A stretch of 64,000 nucleotides of DNA, from NCBI GenBank assembly GCA_965216735.1, contig OZ244198.1, positions 39,649 through 103,648 of the forward strand, read 5' to 3'. This DNA is from Arenicellales bacterium. Lineage in GTDB: Bacteria > Pseudomonadota > Gammaproteobacteria > Arenicellales > CBDCFT01. Below the pieces are notes generated by a model. The model was not told the DNA's origin, searched no databases, and saw only the letters and a list, made by a program, of their open reading frames with translations. Made by a program: the position numbers and the translations under genes. Shown here one piece after another: positions 38,222 through 48,347 of this stretch. Positions within the stretch are counted from its first letter, which is position 1; the number at the start of each line of letters is the position of its first letter.

Positions 38222-39139
38222 CTACCGCCCATCTATCGCGGTCCGAAGGCGCCAGTGGGTCAAAATCGCTGTAAAGGTTTCGAGTGCGAGTGACGCTCTC
38301 TTTCTGGGCCGGGTAATGACGCCGTGCTGCGACTCATAAGTTAGCTCGGTGCGATCAATTCGCGACAACTCGCCTTGCTCGACCCAAGGCTCCGCGTAAT
38401 GGCGCGGCAGGTAGCCGATATAACTACCCGACAGCAGCAATGAGAGCATGCCCTCGATCGTGTTGGTCATTGCTTCCTGGCGGATGACACTCAGATGATC
38501 CCTGTCGAACTCCTGAAGATAGGATCGCACGACCGTCGGGAACGTCGAGAGATCCGCATCTTTTGCTGTCCTAGCGGTCGCGCCAAACAACGTGTGTCCC
38601 CGCCCGCAGTAGACGTCATGCTGTTCGACAAACAATGGCACGAACTGCAAGCTGGAACCGCTGCGACCGAAAGGGCCGATTGCAGCGTGAATGCGGCCAT
38701 CGACAACGTCGCGCTCCAGTTCTTGCTTTGGTGCGATCACCAACTCGATCTCGACGTCGTTGTCGACATTATTGAACTCGCGGATTATCTCGCCGATCGA
38801 GAAATTCGGATGAGACACCAGAGCATCAGACATGCCGATGACGAGCTTGCCTGCAACAAGGCTTTTGACGTGGGCGATCGTGCCAGCGAAGTCGTCGAGC
38901 GATACGAGGATGCCCTTGGTCTCCTCGTAAATGATGCGGCCACGTTCCGTCAGCTTGAAACCGCTCCGTCCACGTTCACAGAGGCGAACTCCCAAACGAC
39001 TTTCGAGGTTGGACATGTGAATGGATATCGTCGAGCTGGAGACGTCCAGATAGGATTCCGCGGCCGCGAATCCGCGTGCCTCGACGACGGTCACGAATAC
39101 CCGAAGCAGTTTTAGATCGACGTCCGAAACTCGTTTCAT
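38222..39139 (-). CDS. LysR-family transcriptional regulator
   Basis: N-terminal LRVFVTVVEARGFAAAESYLDVSSSTISIHMSNLESRLG wHTH. Divergent from the M24/M20 operon. Confidence 0.9.
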   Translation of the reverse strand: MKRVSDVDLKLLRVFVTVVEARGFAAAESYLDVSSSTISIHMSNLESRLGVRLCERGRSGFKLTERGRIIYEETKGILVSLDDFAGTIAHVKSLVAGKLVIGMSDALVSHPNFSIGEIIREFNNVDNDVEIELVIAPKQELERDVVDGRIHAAIGPFGRSGSSLQFVPLFVEQHDVYCGRGHTLFGATARTAKDADLSTFPTVVRSYLQEFDRDHLSVIRQEAMTNTIEGMLSLLLSGSYIGYLPRHYAEPWVEQGELSRIDRTELTYESQHGVITRPRKRASLALETFTAILTHWRLRTAIDGR

Positions 39140-39324
39140 AGCAATGTTGCCGTCAAATCCGCTCTGTCTACTCGGTATGTTTGAAAAAGGCTAAAGTAAA
39201 AGTTTGCTGATTGCAATCCTATCGAAGTCAGTTAACCGATATCATGCCGCCCAATATGCGTCGACAAGAACGGTTCAGTCCAAGACGCATCCGACCGACG
39301 AACAGATTTAAAGGAGGGCGCTTC

Positions 39325-40593
39325 ATGCCGCTGGATAATGATCGCGAGATATTCGAAGTCGCAGAACACACCGAACACGTGACGTTTCAGGCAACGAAAC
39401 GCAAGACGGCGAACGATTTCGACCTACCTATGGTTGAACACGATCGCCTTGCGTTTACGCCGGAAGAGTTTATTCGCCGATACGACACCATTCAGGCGGC
39501 TATGGCCACGAATGAACTTGATGCTCTACTGCTCCGGAGTCCCGAAAATATCACGTACCTCAGCGGTTATGAGACACCCGGTTACTACAAATACCATTGC
39601 ATTGTAGTGCCGAAGGACGGTGAGCCGGTGCTCTTAGTTCGGGATTTCGAGTGGATCAACTCCCCTGAGTTCGCCTGGAATACACGTATCGCGAAGGTCT
39701 ACGACTACGACCATCCTCCGAGCGTGACTGTCAACGTTCTGCAGCAACTTGGTTTGACAGCTGGCAAACGGATCGGTGTCGAGAAGCACAACTTCTTCTA
39801 CACGGTAGACGAGCATGAAACGCTCGTCGCTGAACTTCCGGACAATACTTACGTCGACGGCACGCAAATCCTGTGGGATGCGCGCATGATCAAGTCTGAC
39901 GAGGAGATCGCCGTCATGCGAAAGTCAGCGCATCTCGTGGACCTCGCTATGCAGGCTGGCTATGACGCGACTCGACCGGGCGCGAGCGGCGACGAGATCA
40001 ACGCGATCGTCAATAAGACCCTTTTCGAGAACGGTGGCGAGTACATGGGGTTGCCCCCCTTCGTCCTTGCTGGTGACCGGTCGTGCCTACCGCACCAGAC
40101 AGGTGGCGTGAACAGGCTCGGGGACGATGACGTGATGTACTTCGAGATATCTGCGGCTAAGCATCGTTACACAGCGGCCTTGATGCGAACAATCTTCGTG
40201 GGCAAACCCAAAGACGAATGGATACGCGCCGCCGAAGCATGCATCGAGTCCGTGGGAGCGGCGTTAGAGTTCATTAAGCCTGGCGCTACCTGTCATGATG
40301 CGGACGTTCATGCGCGCGCCGTGATGGAGAAAGCAGGGTTCGGTAAGTATTTTCGGAACCGTTTGGGGTATTCAATCGGAATCAGCTATCCGCCCGACTG
40401 GGGAGAAGGTGAGGTGATTTCGCTCCGTCGGGGGGAGTATCGAGTACTCCAACCTGGTATGACGTTCCATATGCCTCCGATGGCCCTCAAGTACCGCGAG
40501 TACGGTATCGGCTTTTCGGAATCTATCGTCGTGACGGAATCTGGATGCGAGAGACTCTCAAAGTTACCGCGAGAGGTTGTAATTAGGAACTAG
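39325..40593 (+). CDS. M24-family (creatinase/prolidase-fold) hydrolase, copy 1
   Basis: Creatinase_N-like N-domain (FTPEEFIRRYDTIQAAM..NITYLSGYETPGYY) plus a pita-bread C-domain. Start at ATG 39325 after aaaggaggg. Confidence 0.8.
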   Translation: MPLDNDREIFEVAEHTEHVTFQATKRKTANDFDLPMVEHDRLAFTPEEFIRRYDTIQAAMATNELDALLLRSPENITYLSGYETPGYYKYHCIVVPKDGEPVLLVRDFEWINSPEFAWNTRIAKVYDYDHPPSVTVNVLQQLGLTAGKRIGVEKHNFFYTVDEHETLVAELPDNTYVDGTQILWDARMIKSDEEIAVMRKSAHLVDLAMQAGYDATRPGASGDEINAIVNKTLFENGGEYMGLPPFVLAGDRSCLPHQTGGVNRLGDDDVMYFEISAAKHRYTAALMRTIFVGKPKDEWIRAAEACIESVGAALEFIKPGATCHDADVHARAVMEKAGFGKYFRNRLGYSIGISYPPDWGEGEVISLRRGEYRVLQPGMTFHMPPMALKYREYGIGFSESIVVTESGCERLSKLPREVVIRN

Positions 40594-40604
40594 GCTCCAT
40601 CAGG

Positions 40605-41855
40605 ATGCCGCACGCATCTTCTCAGTCCATAAGGGTGGGTCGACTGGTTGCCGATCTCGATACCTTGGCCCGATTCGGATTACGGGAAGACGGTGGCGGC
40701 ATAGACCGCCCAGCGTTCTCTCAGGCCTATCGCCAAGCCGCCGACTGGCTTATTGAAACGATGCGAGAAGCCGGAATGTCGGCGCGGATGGACTCGGCCG
40801 GAAACATTATCGGCCGCCTCGGACCAACAGACGGCCCCGCGGTTGTGTGTGGATCACACATCGATAGCGTACCAACGGCAGGGAAATATGACGGAACCCT
40901 GGGCGTACTGGCCGGCCTCGAGGTTGCCCGTTGCCTGAGCGAAAACAACATCGATCTAGACAAGGCGTACGAGGTCATCGCGTTTATGGACGAGGAAGGA
41001 GCGTTCCTCGGCGAGTTCGGTGCGCGGGCTATGATCGGCGATTTCAATGACGACGAGTTTGAGGATTGTCTCTCCCGTGATGGAACATCCCTCCTCGATG
41101 CGATCAAAGAGTTTGGTCTGGATTCTTCGAAGATTTGTGATGCAGTGCGGTCCGAGGCGGACTTCGACGCTTACGTTGAGCTTCATATCGAGCAAGGCCC
41201 TGTACTCGAAAACGAGGGCGTTGACATTGGAATTGTCGAGAGTATCGTCGGGTTGCAGATCAACGAGCTGAACTTTGAAGGCCAAGCCAATCACGCTGGC
41301 ACGACACCGCTACCCTATCGGCGGGATGCGTTTCGCGCCGCCGCGGAGACCGTAACCACCGCATTCAAAACCCTGGAGGGAGACTTCCCCCCCGATCTTC
41401 GGTTGACCTACGGCGTTGCCGACGTATCACCCGGTGCTCAAAACGTCGTACCGTCCCATGTCCGATTGATACAGGAAATCCGCGCCGGCCAGGAGTACGG
41501 GATCGATGCGGCTTGCAGGATGACGATGCAAGTCGCGGAGAGAATATGTAAGAAGTACGGCGTCAAGGTCGGGTCCCGTCTGATTTCGCGAGACCCCACG
41601 GCAAGAATGTCGGACCGGGTATCCGGTCTAGTCGAGGCCGTCTGTCTGTCGTTGGAACTGAAAGCCAAGCGAATGCCGTCGGGAGCAGGACACGATGCCC
41701 AGATTCTCGCACAGGTGTGCGATGCCGGCATGATCTTTGTGCCAAGCGCGGGCGGTATTAGTCACAATCCTGCCGAGCATACGTCGGTTGCAAATCTGGG
41801 GGCGGGTGCCGCTGTTCTATACGAAACGCTTCTCGGTCTTCTCGAGGCAGCCTGA
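40605..41855 (+). CDS. M20-family amidohydrolase (allantoate amidohydrolase / N-carbamoyl-L-amino-acid hydrolase type)
   Basis: MDSAGNIIGRL...VVCGSHIDSVPTAGKYDGTLGVLAGLEV, YVELHIEQGPVLE and ANHAGTTP motifs of the AllC/AmaB group. Confidence 0.85.
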   Translation: MPHASSQSIRVGRLVADLDTLARFGLREDGGGIDRPAFSQAYRQAADWLIETMREAGMSARMDSAGNIIGRLGPTDGPAVVCGSHIDSVPTAGKYDGTLGVLAGLEVARCLSENNIDLDKAYEVIAFMDEEGAFLGEFGARAMIGDFNDDEFEDCLSRDGTSLLDAIKEFGLDSSKICDAVRSEADFDAYVELHIEQGPVLENEGVDIGIVESIVGLQINELNFEGQANHAGTTPLPYRRDAFRAAAETVTTAFKTLEGDFPPDLRLTYGVADVSPGAQNVVPSHVRLIQEIRAGQEYGIDAACRMTMQVAERICKKYGVKVGSRLISRDPTARMSDRVSGLVEAVCLSLELKAKRMPSGAGHDAQILAQVCDAGMIFVPSAGGISHNPAEHTSVANLGAGAAVLYETLLGLLEAA

Positions 41856-42117
41856 CCGAAAAATCAATTCGCGGGCAAACTTTGGTTCGTGAGAATGGGA
41901 TGGAATGTTGCTTCAGCCAACAATTCGTATGATTAGCCTCTCTAGATGTTATTCACTTTTACATGCGCCAAAGTTAACATCTTTACATCGAGTCTGTTTC
42001 TTGAACTCGCCGTGCTTTAGAGTTGAAGCGCATCGGAAAGGCGCTGGTGTGACCGGGTCGTTCTAACAATGAGTCGATAGTGCTCCTCTGGGGACCAGAT
42101 AAATATTGAGACGGGAT

Positions 42118-43131
42118 ATGAATAAGGCAAAAGCCATTCTTGAGTGCAAAAGCGTCTGGAAAGTATTCGGGCCAAATGCGGAGTCATTCATGGCTGATCC
42201 CGGTCCCGAAGCCGGTACAGAGATGTTTGCGCAAAAGAACATGATTGTTGGTGTCCGCGACGTGAATTTGAACGTCGTTCAGGGCGAAATCTTCATCATC
42301 ATGGGGCTTTCCGGTTCCGGAAAATCAACCCTCGTCCGCTGCATGACGGGCTTACACGACCTCACACATGGCAAGGTCATGATCGAAGGCGTTGATGTCG
42401 CCAATCTTTCGGAAAAGGATCTTGTCCAATTGCGCCGTGAAAAGATCAACATGGTGTTTCAGGATTTCGCGTTGCTGCCTCATCTGACTGTTCTGCAGAA
42501 CATCGCTTTTCCCCTGAGGGTACAGGGAATGAAGCGACGGGACCGTGAGGCGGTCGCACGCGAGATGATCGAACTCGTCGGCCTGAGCGGTCGGGAGTCG
42601 TATTACCCGGACGAGTTGTCCGGCGGCCAACAACAAAGGGTCGGTATCGCACGCAGTCTGACAACGAAGCCGGAAGTCTGGTTCCTCGATGAGCCGTTTT
42701 CTGCGCTCGACCCACTAATTCGCCAGGACATGCAATCCGAGTTTCTGCGGCTCCAGAACATGCTGCATAAGACGATTGTCTTCATCACCCACGACTTCGA
42801 TGAGGCTGTTCGTCTGGCTGACCGTATTGCAGTGATGAAGGACGGAAGAGTCGTGCAAATGGGGACGCCAGAAGAGTTCATCCTCGAACCGGCCGACGAC
42901 TACATTGGGGAATTCACCAAGGATATTCCAAAGAACAAGGTTTTGCGCGTCCGTTCCATCATGGACAGCGCCGCCGAACCCACGAACGATGTAGAACTGA
43001 AAGCCGATTCACGAATATCAGAAGTCATCGCGCAAGTAGTTGAAAGTGACGGCCGTCACCCGGTCGTTGCGCCGGATGGCAGCGTCATCGGCTCCCTTCA
43101 CCGGCGCGACCTCGCACCCTACTTGGTGTGA
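42118..43131 (+). CDS. ProV-like ABC transporter ATPase with C-terminal CBS region
   Basis: Walker A GLSGSGKST, signature LSGGQQQRV, Walker B WFLDEPFSALD, and a CBS-like tail. Confidence 0.9.
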   Translation: MNKAKAILECKSVWKVFGPNAESFMADPGPEAGTEMFAQKNMIVGVRDVNLNVVQGEIFIIMGLSGSGKSTLVRCMTGLHDLTHGKVMIEGVDVANLSEKDLVQLRREKINMVFQDFALLPHLTVLQNIAFPLRVQGMKRRDREAVAREMIELVGLSGRESYYPDELSGGQQQRVGIARSLTTKPEVWFLDEPFSALDPLIRQDMQSEFLRLQNMLHKTIVFITHDFDEAVRLADRIAVMKDGRVVQMGTPEEFILEPADDYIGEFTKDIPKNKVLRVRSIMDSAAEPTNDVELKADSRISEVIAQVVESDGRHPVVAPDGSVIGSLHRRDLAPYLV

Positions 43132-45146
43132 ACGGGGACGTGTCGATGAGCGTAGCGGTCATGAATGCACTGCCGCGAATCCGAGTTCAATACGTTGTAT
43201 TTGTCGGCACCACCGTTGTCGCTACCTTGATCTGGTTGCTGTTGGATCGAGACAGCCCGTGGGTGGTCTACCCGCGGGGTTGGATCTTGGATCTACAGTC
43301 GCCGCTCGGCGATGGGATGAAGTTTCTCGCAAGAGAGTACGAGATTGGTCCCATCAAGTTCTCTGAAATCACGCGCGGCTTTGGATGGCTGATCTCTCAG
43401 CCGTTCGAGTTCTTGGGTGGAATCCTTGCTAAAGGGTTCACGTTCTACAAACTGGATGCACCCCCCGACGTCATTCCGCCGCTTCCGTGGATCGGCATTG
43501 CTGCAGTTTTCACACTGATCGCTTGGAACTTTGGTACCGCCGGCCTTGGAATCTGGACAGCCTCGACGTTCATCCTATTCGCTGTATTCGACCTGTGGGA
43601 GTCGGCAATGTTGACCATGGCGTCTGTCCTCATCGCCGTCGTCATGGGCGTTGTCGGCGGCACCATGCTCGGAATCTGGGGGTATCGGAACAAATTCGTC
43701 GATGCGGTCTTGCAGCCCTTCTACGACGTCATGCAGACGCTGCCGCTGTTCTCGTACTTGGTACCGATGATCTTGTTCTTCGGATTTGGCCCAATCGCCG
43801 CGTTGATGGCGACCGTCATTTTCGCAATGCCGCCGATGGCACGTGTAACGACCCAAGCGATGTACTCGGTGCCGGCCACAGTGGGCGAGTTCGGCAGAAT
43901 CGCAGGGTGCAGCCGCTTCCAATTGACGTGGCTCGTCATGGTGCCGGCGGCTCGAAAAGAGCTCCTGCTTGGTGTCAATCAAGTCATCATGTTGTCGCTC
44001 GCAGTCGTGATTGTCGCTTCCATTATTGGCGCCGGCGGCCTCGGCGGAGACGTTCTGAAGGCGCTGCGCTCCATGCGCATCGGCGACGCGTTAGCCGCCG
44101 GTTTGGCCATTACGTTCATGGCGATCATGTTGGACCGCGTATCCTACTTGATTGCGATGCGCCGCCCGGTCCACGAAACCGAAGATCCGGCTTGGTACAT
44201 CCGGCACAAGTTGCTCATTGCTTCGTTCTTCATCCTGGTCGGGACGACAGTGTTGTCGTTGGCAATTCCGGCGATACACACGTGGCCCGAAGAATGGACG
44301 ATCTCGGCAGGTCGTTACGGCAATGGCTTAGTGACCTGGATTTCGACAACATTCGACAGTCAAATCGGCGCACTGCGCGACGGCGCACTCCGCCACGTCT
44401 TGAAACCTACAAAGATCTTCTTCCTGGCAGTGCCGTGGTCGAGCTTCGTTCTCGTCGTCGGGGTGGTTGGTTGGCTGCTTGGCGGGTGGCGCACGGCGCT
44501 TCTGGGGTGCTCGGTTTTCGTCGCCATTGCGGCGCTTGGTTATTGGAAGAAAGCCATGATCTCGCTCTATCTGGTGTTTCTCTCGGTCATCGCGGCCATG
44601 GCGATCGGATTCTTGCTTGGGCTTTGGGCCGGATTGAATCGGCATGCCCACAGGGTGCTCATTCTGATCGTCGATCTGTTGCAAACTCTACCGACGTTCG
44701 TTTACCTGATTCCCGTCGTGATGATCTTCAGCATCGGAGATTTTCCGGCCCTCATCGCCATTACTCTGTACGCGATTGCGCCGGCCATCCGGTACACGGA
44801 TGCGGGTATCCGACATGTCCGGGAATCTTTGGTCGAGGGCGCGAGGATGTCGGGGTGCGACAGGCGCCAGATCCTCTGGCTTGTCAAGGTGCCGCTCGCC
44901 TTGCCCACGATCCTGCTCGGTCTCAATCAAGTAGTGATGATGGCGTTCGGCATGCTGGTCATTACTGCGCTAGTCGGGTCCCGCGGCCTTGAGGAGTTGA
45001 CTCTTCGAGCGATCGCGCGAGTCGAGCCAGGTGACGGTCTGTTGGCCGGCCTAGGCATTGCAGGCATGGCCATCGTGTTCGACCGCTACATCAAGGCAGG
45101 GAATCGCAAGCTTGCGGATTATCTCGGCATTCCCGTGCCGAGGTGA
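43128..45146 (+). CDS. Fused double ProW-like ABC permease
   Basis: Two homologous halves, each with an EAA-type loop (QTLPLFSYLVPMILFFGFG...AMPPMARVT and QTLPTFVYLIPVVMIFSIG...AIAPAIRYT). GTGA overlap with the ATPase gene. Confidence 0.85.
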   Translation: MNGDVSMSVAVMNALPRIRVQYVVFVGTTVVATLIWLLLDRDSPWVVYPRGWILDLQSPLGDGMKFLAREYEIGPIKFSEITRGFGWLISQPFEFLGGILAKGFTFYKLDAPPDVIPPLPWIGIAAVFTLIAWNFGTAGLGIWTASTFILFAVFDLWESAMLTMASVLIAVVMGVVGGTMLGIWGYRNKFVDAVLQPFYDVMQTLPLFSYLVPMILFFGFGPIAALMATVIFAMPPMARVTTQAMYSVPATVGEFGRIAGCSRFQLTWLVMVPAARKELLLGVNQVIMLSLAVVIVASIIGAGGLGGDVLKALRSMRIGDALAAGLAITFMAIMLDRVSYLIAMRRPVHETEDPAWYIRHKLLIASFFILVGTTVLSLAIPAIHTWPEEWTISAGRYGNGLVTWISTTFDSQIGALRDGALRHVLKPTKIFFLAVPWSSFVLVVGVVGWLLGGWRTALLGCSVFVAIAALGYWKKAMISLYLVFLSVIAAMAIGFLLGLWAGLNRHAHRVLILIVDLLQTLPTFVYLIPVVMIFSIGDFPALIAITLYAIAPAIRYTDAGIRHVRESLVEGARMSGCDRRQILWLVKVPLALPTILLGLNQVVMMAFGMLVITALVGSRGLEELTLRAIARVEPGDGLLAGLGIAGMAIVFDRYIKAGNRKLADYLGIPVPR

Positions 45147-45176
45147 TAACCTGAGAAGATCGAATAAGAGAACCAA

Positions 45177-46340
45177 ATGCCAAATCCACAGCATGGGGAC
45201 ATCGTGTTTCCGCAAGAAGAGTTCGATCGGCGCGTCGCCAATTTGCGAAGCCTGATGGAAGAGCGGCGGCTGGATGTCGTTGTCCTCGCCATGCCGCACG
45301 ATCTCTTCTATCTCACCGGTTATCAGACGCCAGGCTACTATTGGTTCCAGGTGTTGGTCGTGCCGCTCGAGCACGAGTCGTTCATGGTCACGCGCTTGCT
45401 AGAGTCATCGAACATTCCGGCTCGCACCTGGATCAAGATTAGCAGGCCGTACAGCGATTTCGAGGATCCGACACAGATACTCGCGGACGCATTTCGGGAA
45501 TTCGGTCTCGATAACGCCCGGATCGGCTACGACCGGGACGCCTATTTTTTCCGCGCCTTCGAGCAGGAAGGCTTTATCGCCAAGCTGCCGAACGCAACAT
45601 TCGAAAACTGCACAGGCATAGTCGAGCAGCTTCGGATCGTAAAATCCGACCTGGAGCTCGAAAAGATGGAGCGCGCCGCACGCGCCACAGAAGCCGGCAT
45701 GATGGCCGGCATCAAGGCTTCCGCCCCCAGCGTCAACGAAAATGAGATCGCCGCTGAGATTTATCATGCCATGCTCCGCGCCGGATCCGAATGGCCGGCC
45801 ATGGCGCCTTTCGTCGCGACAGGATGGCGCGGTGCCGTGGGTCACATGACTTGGGAGCACCGAACGCTCGAAGAGCAGGACTACGTCTTCCTCGAAGTGG
45901 CCGGCTGCTACAACAGATACCACGCGCCGATGATGCGGACGGTCACCATCGGCGAAACGCCACAGGCCATCAGGGATGGCGAAAAAGTCTGCCTGGACGC
46001 CATGCAGGCGACCATGGAGGCGATCAAGCCTGGCGTGCTGGCATCCGACATCGACATCATCGCCCGCGACATCATCAAGAAAGGCGCGCCACATGTGGAA
46101 CAAGCGGCGCGGACTGCCTATTCCATCGGCATTGGATTTCCACCTGACTGGGGTGAGGGGCATATCCTGAGCATGGTTAAGGGACATGATCGCCCGCTTG
46201 AGAAGAACATGACTTTTCACTTGATTCCGTGGGTCCAAGTACCGGGGCATGGCGGCGTCGGTATCACCGAATCCATTGTAATTACGAAGGACGGTTGCCG
46301 CTCCCTATTCAATTTCGAACAAAAAGTTTTCACCGCATGA
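45177..46340 (+). CDS. M24-family hydrolase, copy 2 (ectoine hydrolase DoeA/EutD-like by context)
   Basis: Creatinase_N plus pita-bread domains. Directly followed by EutB- and EutC-like genes. Confidence 0.75.
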   Translation: MPNPQHGDIVFPQEEFDRRVANLRSLMEERRLDVVVLAMPHDLFYLTGYQTPGYYWFQVLVVPLEHESFMVTRLLESSNIPARTWIKISRPYSDFEDPTQILADAFREFGLDNARIGYDRDAYFFRAFEQEGFIAKLPNATFENCTGIVEQLRIVKSDLELEKMERAARATEAGMMAGIKASAPSVNENEIAAEIYHAMLRAGSEWPAMAPFVATGWRGAVGHMTWEHRTLEEQDYVFLEVAGCYNRYHAPMMRTVTIGETPQAIRDGEKVCLDAMQATMEAIKPGVLASDIDIIARDIIKKGAPHVEQAARTAYSIGIGFPPDWGEGHILSMVKGHDRPLEKNMTFHLIPWVQVPGHGGVGITESIVITKDGCRSLFNFEQKVFTA

Positions 46341-47341
46341 CCCACATGCCGGCCCTATCGGATATCTACTCTGCGCGACAGCGGATCGCCGGTTCAGTGA
46401 TGCGCACCCCGCTTGTCGAATCCGCCCTGTCGGAGGACATCGGGCATGGAATCCATCTAAAGCTGGAAACACTGCAGCCCATCGGCGCATTCAAGTTGCG
46501 CGGCGCAACGAATGCCATCCACAAACTGACTGACGAGGAAAGACTCCGTGGGGTCGTCTGTTGCTCCACCGGAAATCATGGCCGGGCGGTCGCATACGCC
46601 GCGAGAGCAGTCGGTGTCAAGGCAATCGTTTGCGTTTCGAGCTTGGTCCCCGGGATCAAGGTAAAGGCCATCAAAGCGCTTGGCGCAGAAACTCGTCGGA
46701 TCGGCAACAGCCAAGACGACGCGGAGGTCGAGGTCGAACGGTTGGTCAACGACGAGGGCATGATCAACATGCCACCCTTCGATGATCCGGACGTCATCTC
46801 GGGTCAAGGCACGATCGGTTTGGAAATCCTGGAGGATTACCCAGAGGTCGAAACGATCATGGTGCCGGTCTCCGGCGGCGGGTTGATCTCGGGAATCGCC
46901 GTCGCCGCGAAGACCATAAAGCCATCGGTCCGGATCGTCGGCATCTGCATGAAACACGGCTCAGCCATGGGCTCGAGCTTCGAAGCGGGAGAGCCGGTCG
47001 CCGTCGAAGAGGTTCCGTCACTGGCGGACTCCTTGGGTGGCGGACTTGGCTTTGAGAACCACTACACGTTCGAACTCTGTCGGAAAAACGTCGACGAGCT
47101 TGTTCGGATTGATGAGCCGGAGGTCTACGACGGCATGCGATCCCTGTTCTATCGCGATCGGCTCGTTGCGGAAGGCTCGTCCGCTGTATCACACGGCGCG
47201 ATTGTCGCCGGCCTCGTCAAGATTACCGGACCGACGGCCATTGTTGTCTCCGGGCGGAATGTGGACATGGATCAGTTCTCGGCGGTCGTTGCGGGCGAGC
47301 CCGTGCAACTGGGAGGCCGGCAAGTTGGAGGAATCTGTTGA
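46337..47341 (+). CDS. PLP-dependent threonine/serine dehydratase-family protein (EutB-like)
   Basis: LETLQPIGAFKLRGA (PLP lysine) and CSTGNHGRAVAYAA motifs. ATGA overlap with the upstream gene. Confidence 0.85.
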   Translation: MTHMPALSDIYSARQRIAGSVMRTPLVESALSEDIGHGIHLKLETLQPIGAFKLRGATNAIHKLTDEERLRGVVCCSTGNHGRAVAYAARAVGVKAIVCVSSLVPGIKVKAIKALGAETRRIGNSQDDAEVEVERLVNDEGMINMPPFDDPDVISGQGTIGLEILEDYPEVETIMVPVSGGGLISGIAVAAKTIKPSVRIVGICMKHGSAMGSSFEAGEPVAVEEVPSLADSLGGGLGFENHYTFELCRKNVDELVRIDEPEVYDGMRSLFYRDRLVAEGSSAVSHGAIVAGLVKITGPTAIVVSGRNVDMDQFSAVVAGEPVQLGGRQVGGIC

Positions 47342-47342
47342 T

Positions 47343-48335
47343 ATGGCGAACGACATCTTGATCTTGAGTGAAGCGGAGCTGCACGAAGCGGCTCAACTCG
47401 ATTTGGAAGCCGTCAATGTGATCGAGAGCGTTTTCAATGGCCTTGCAGGCGACGGCGTTGTTATGCCGCCGGTCCTCTCGATGCACTTGGATGATGCTAA
47501 TGGCGAGGTGGACGTGAAGACCGCTTACATTCCGGGTTTCGCATCGTTTGCCGTGAAGATCAGCCCGGGTTTCTTCGACAATCCTAAGCGCGGATTGCCA
47601 AGCACAACGGGCCTCATGGTGTTGCTTTCGGCGGAAACCGGTCTTGTCGATGCCGTGCTCCTGGATAACGGCTACTTGACCAATGTACGAACTGCTGCCG
47701 CAGGCGCTGTCGCCGCACGCCACCTAGCGCCAAGCACCGTTAACACGGCCGGCGTCATCGGTGCGGGCGTACAAGCGCGTATGCAGATCGAGGCGGCGCA
47801 TTTGGTTCGACCGTTCTCCGACGTGCTGCTCTGGTCGCCTGATGATGTCCTAAACGAAAGCGCGGTGGCGGAGATCGCCGAAAAAACAGGAGCAAACGCG
47901 AAAATCGCGACAAGCGCCAAGGAAGTCGTGGCATCGAGCGAGCTTGTCGTCACGACAACACCCGCTAAATCGCCAGTTCTGATGTCCGATTGGATCCACC
48001 CCGGCATGCACATCACCTGCATGGGCGCCGATCAGCCGAGCAAGAACGAGATCGATCCCAAAGTGTTGAAGCGCGCGGATCTTTATGTCTGCGATCGTGT
48101 GGCCCAATGCGAGCTGATCGGGGAACTCCGCACAGCGCGAGAAGCGGGCTACCTCGTGGATATTACGCCGCCGGAACTGGGCCAGATCGTGGCCGGCGGC
48201 GCCGAGGGCAGACGCGATGATTCTGACATCACGGTGTGCGACCTCACCGGCACCGGTGCACAGGATACCGCAATCGCCAACTACGCATTTCAGAACGCCC
48301 AAAACGCCAAGGCCGGTCTGTCCGCCGATCGATAG
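47343..48335 (+). CDS. Ornithine cyclodeaminase/mu-crystallin-family protein (EutC-like)
   Basis: GYLTNVRTAAAGAVAARHLA and GVIGAGVQARMQ Rossmann motifs typical of the OCD family. Confidence 0.85.
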   Translation: MANDILILSEAELHEAAQLDLEAVNVIESVFNGLAGDGVVMPPVLSMHLDDANGEVDVKTAYIPGFASFAVKISPGFFDNPKRGLPSTTGLMVLLSAETGLVDAVLLDNGYLTNVRTAAAGAVAARHLAPSTVNTAGVIGAGVQARMQIEAAHLVRPFSDVLLWSPDDVLNESAVAEIAEKTGANAKIATSAKEVVASSELVVTTTPAKSPVLMSDWIHPGMHITCMGADQPSKNEIDPKVLKRADLYVCDRVAQCELIGELRTAREAGYLVDITPPELGQIVAGGAEGRRDDSDITVCDLTGTGAQDTAIANYAFQNAQNAKAGLSADR

Positions 48336-48347
48336 GTGAAAGGTCAC

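Noticed and set aside
43487-44992. 501-aa ORF in an alternative frame of the ABC permease gene
   Set aside because: Its Arg/Pro/Gly/His-rich, low-complexity translation is typical of off-frame ORFs in GC-rich DNA. The overlapping frame encodes a clearly recognisable double ProW-like permease.
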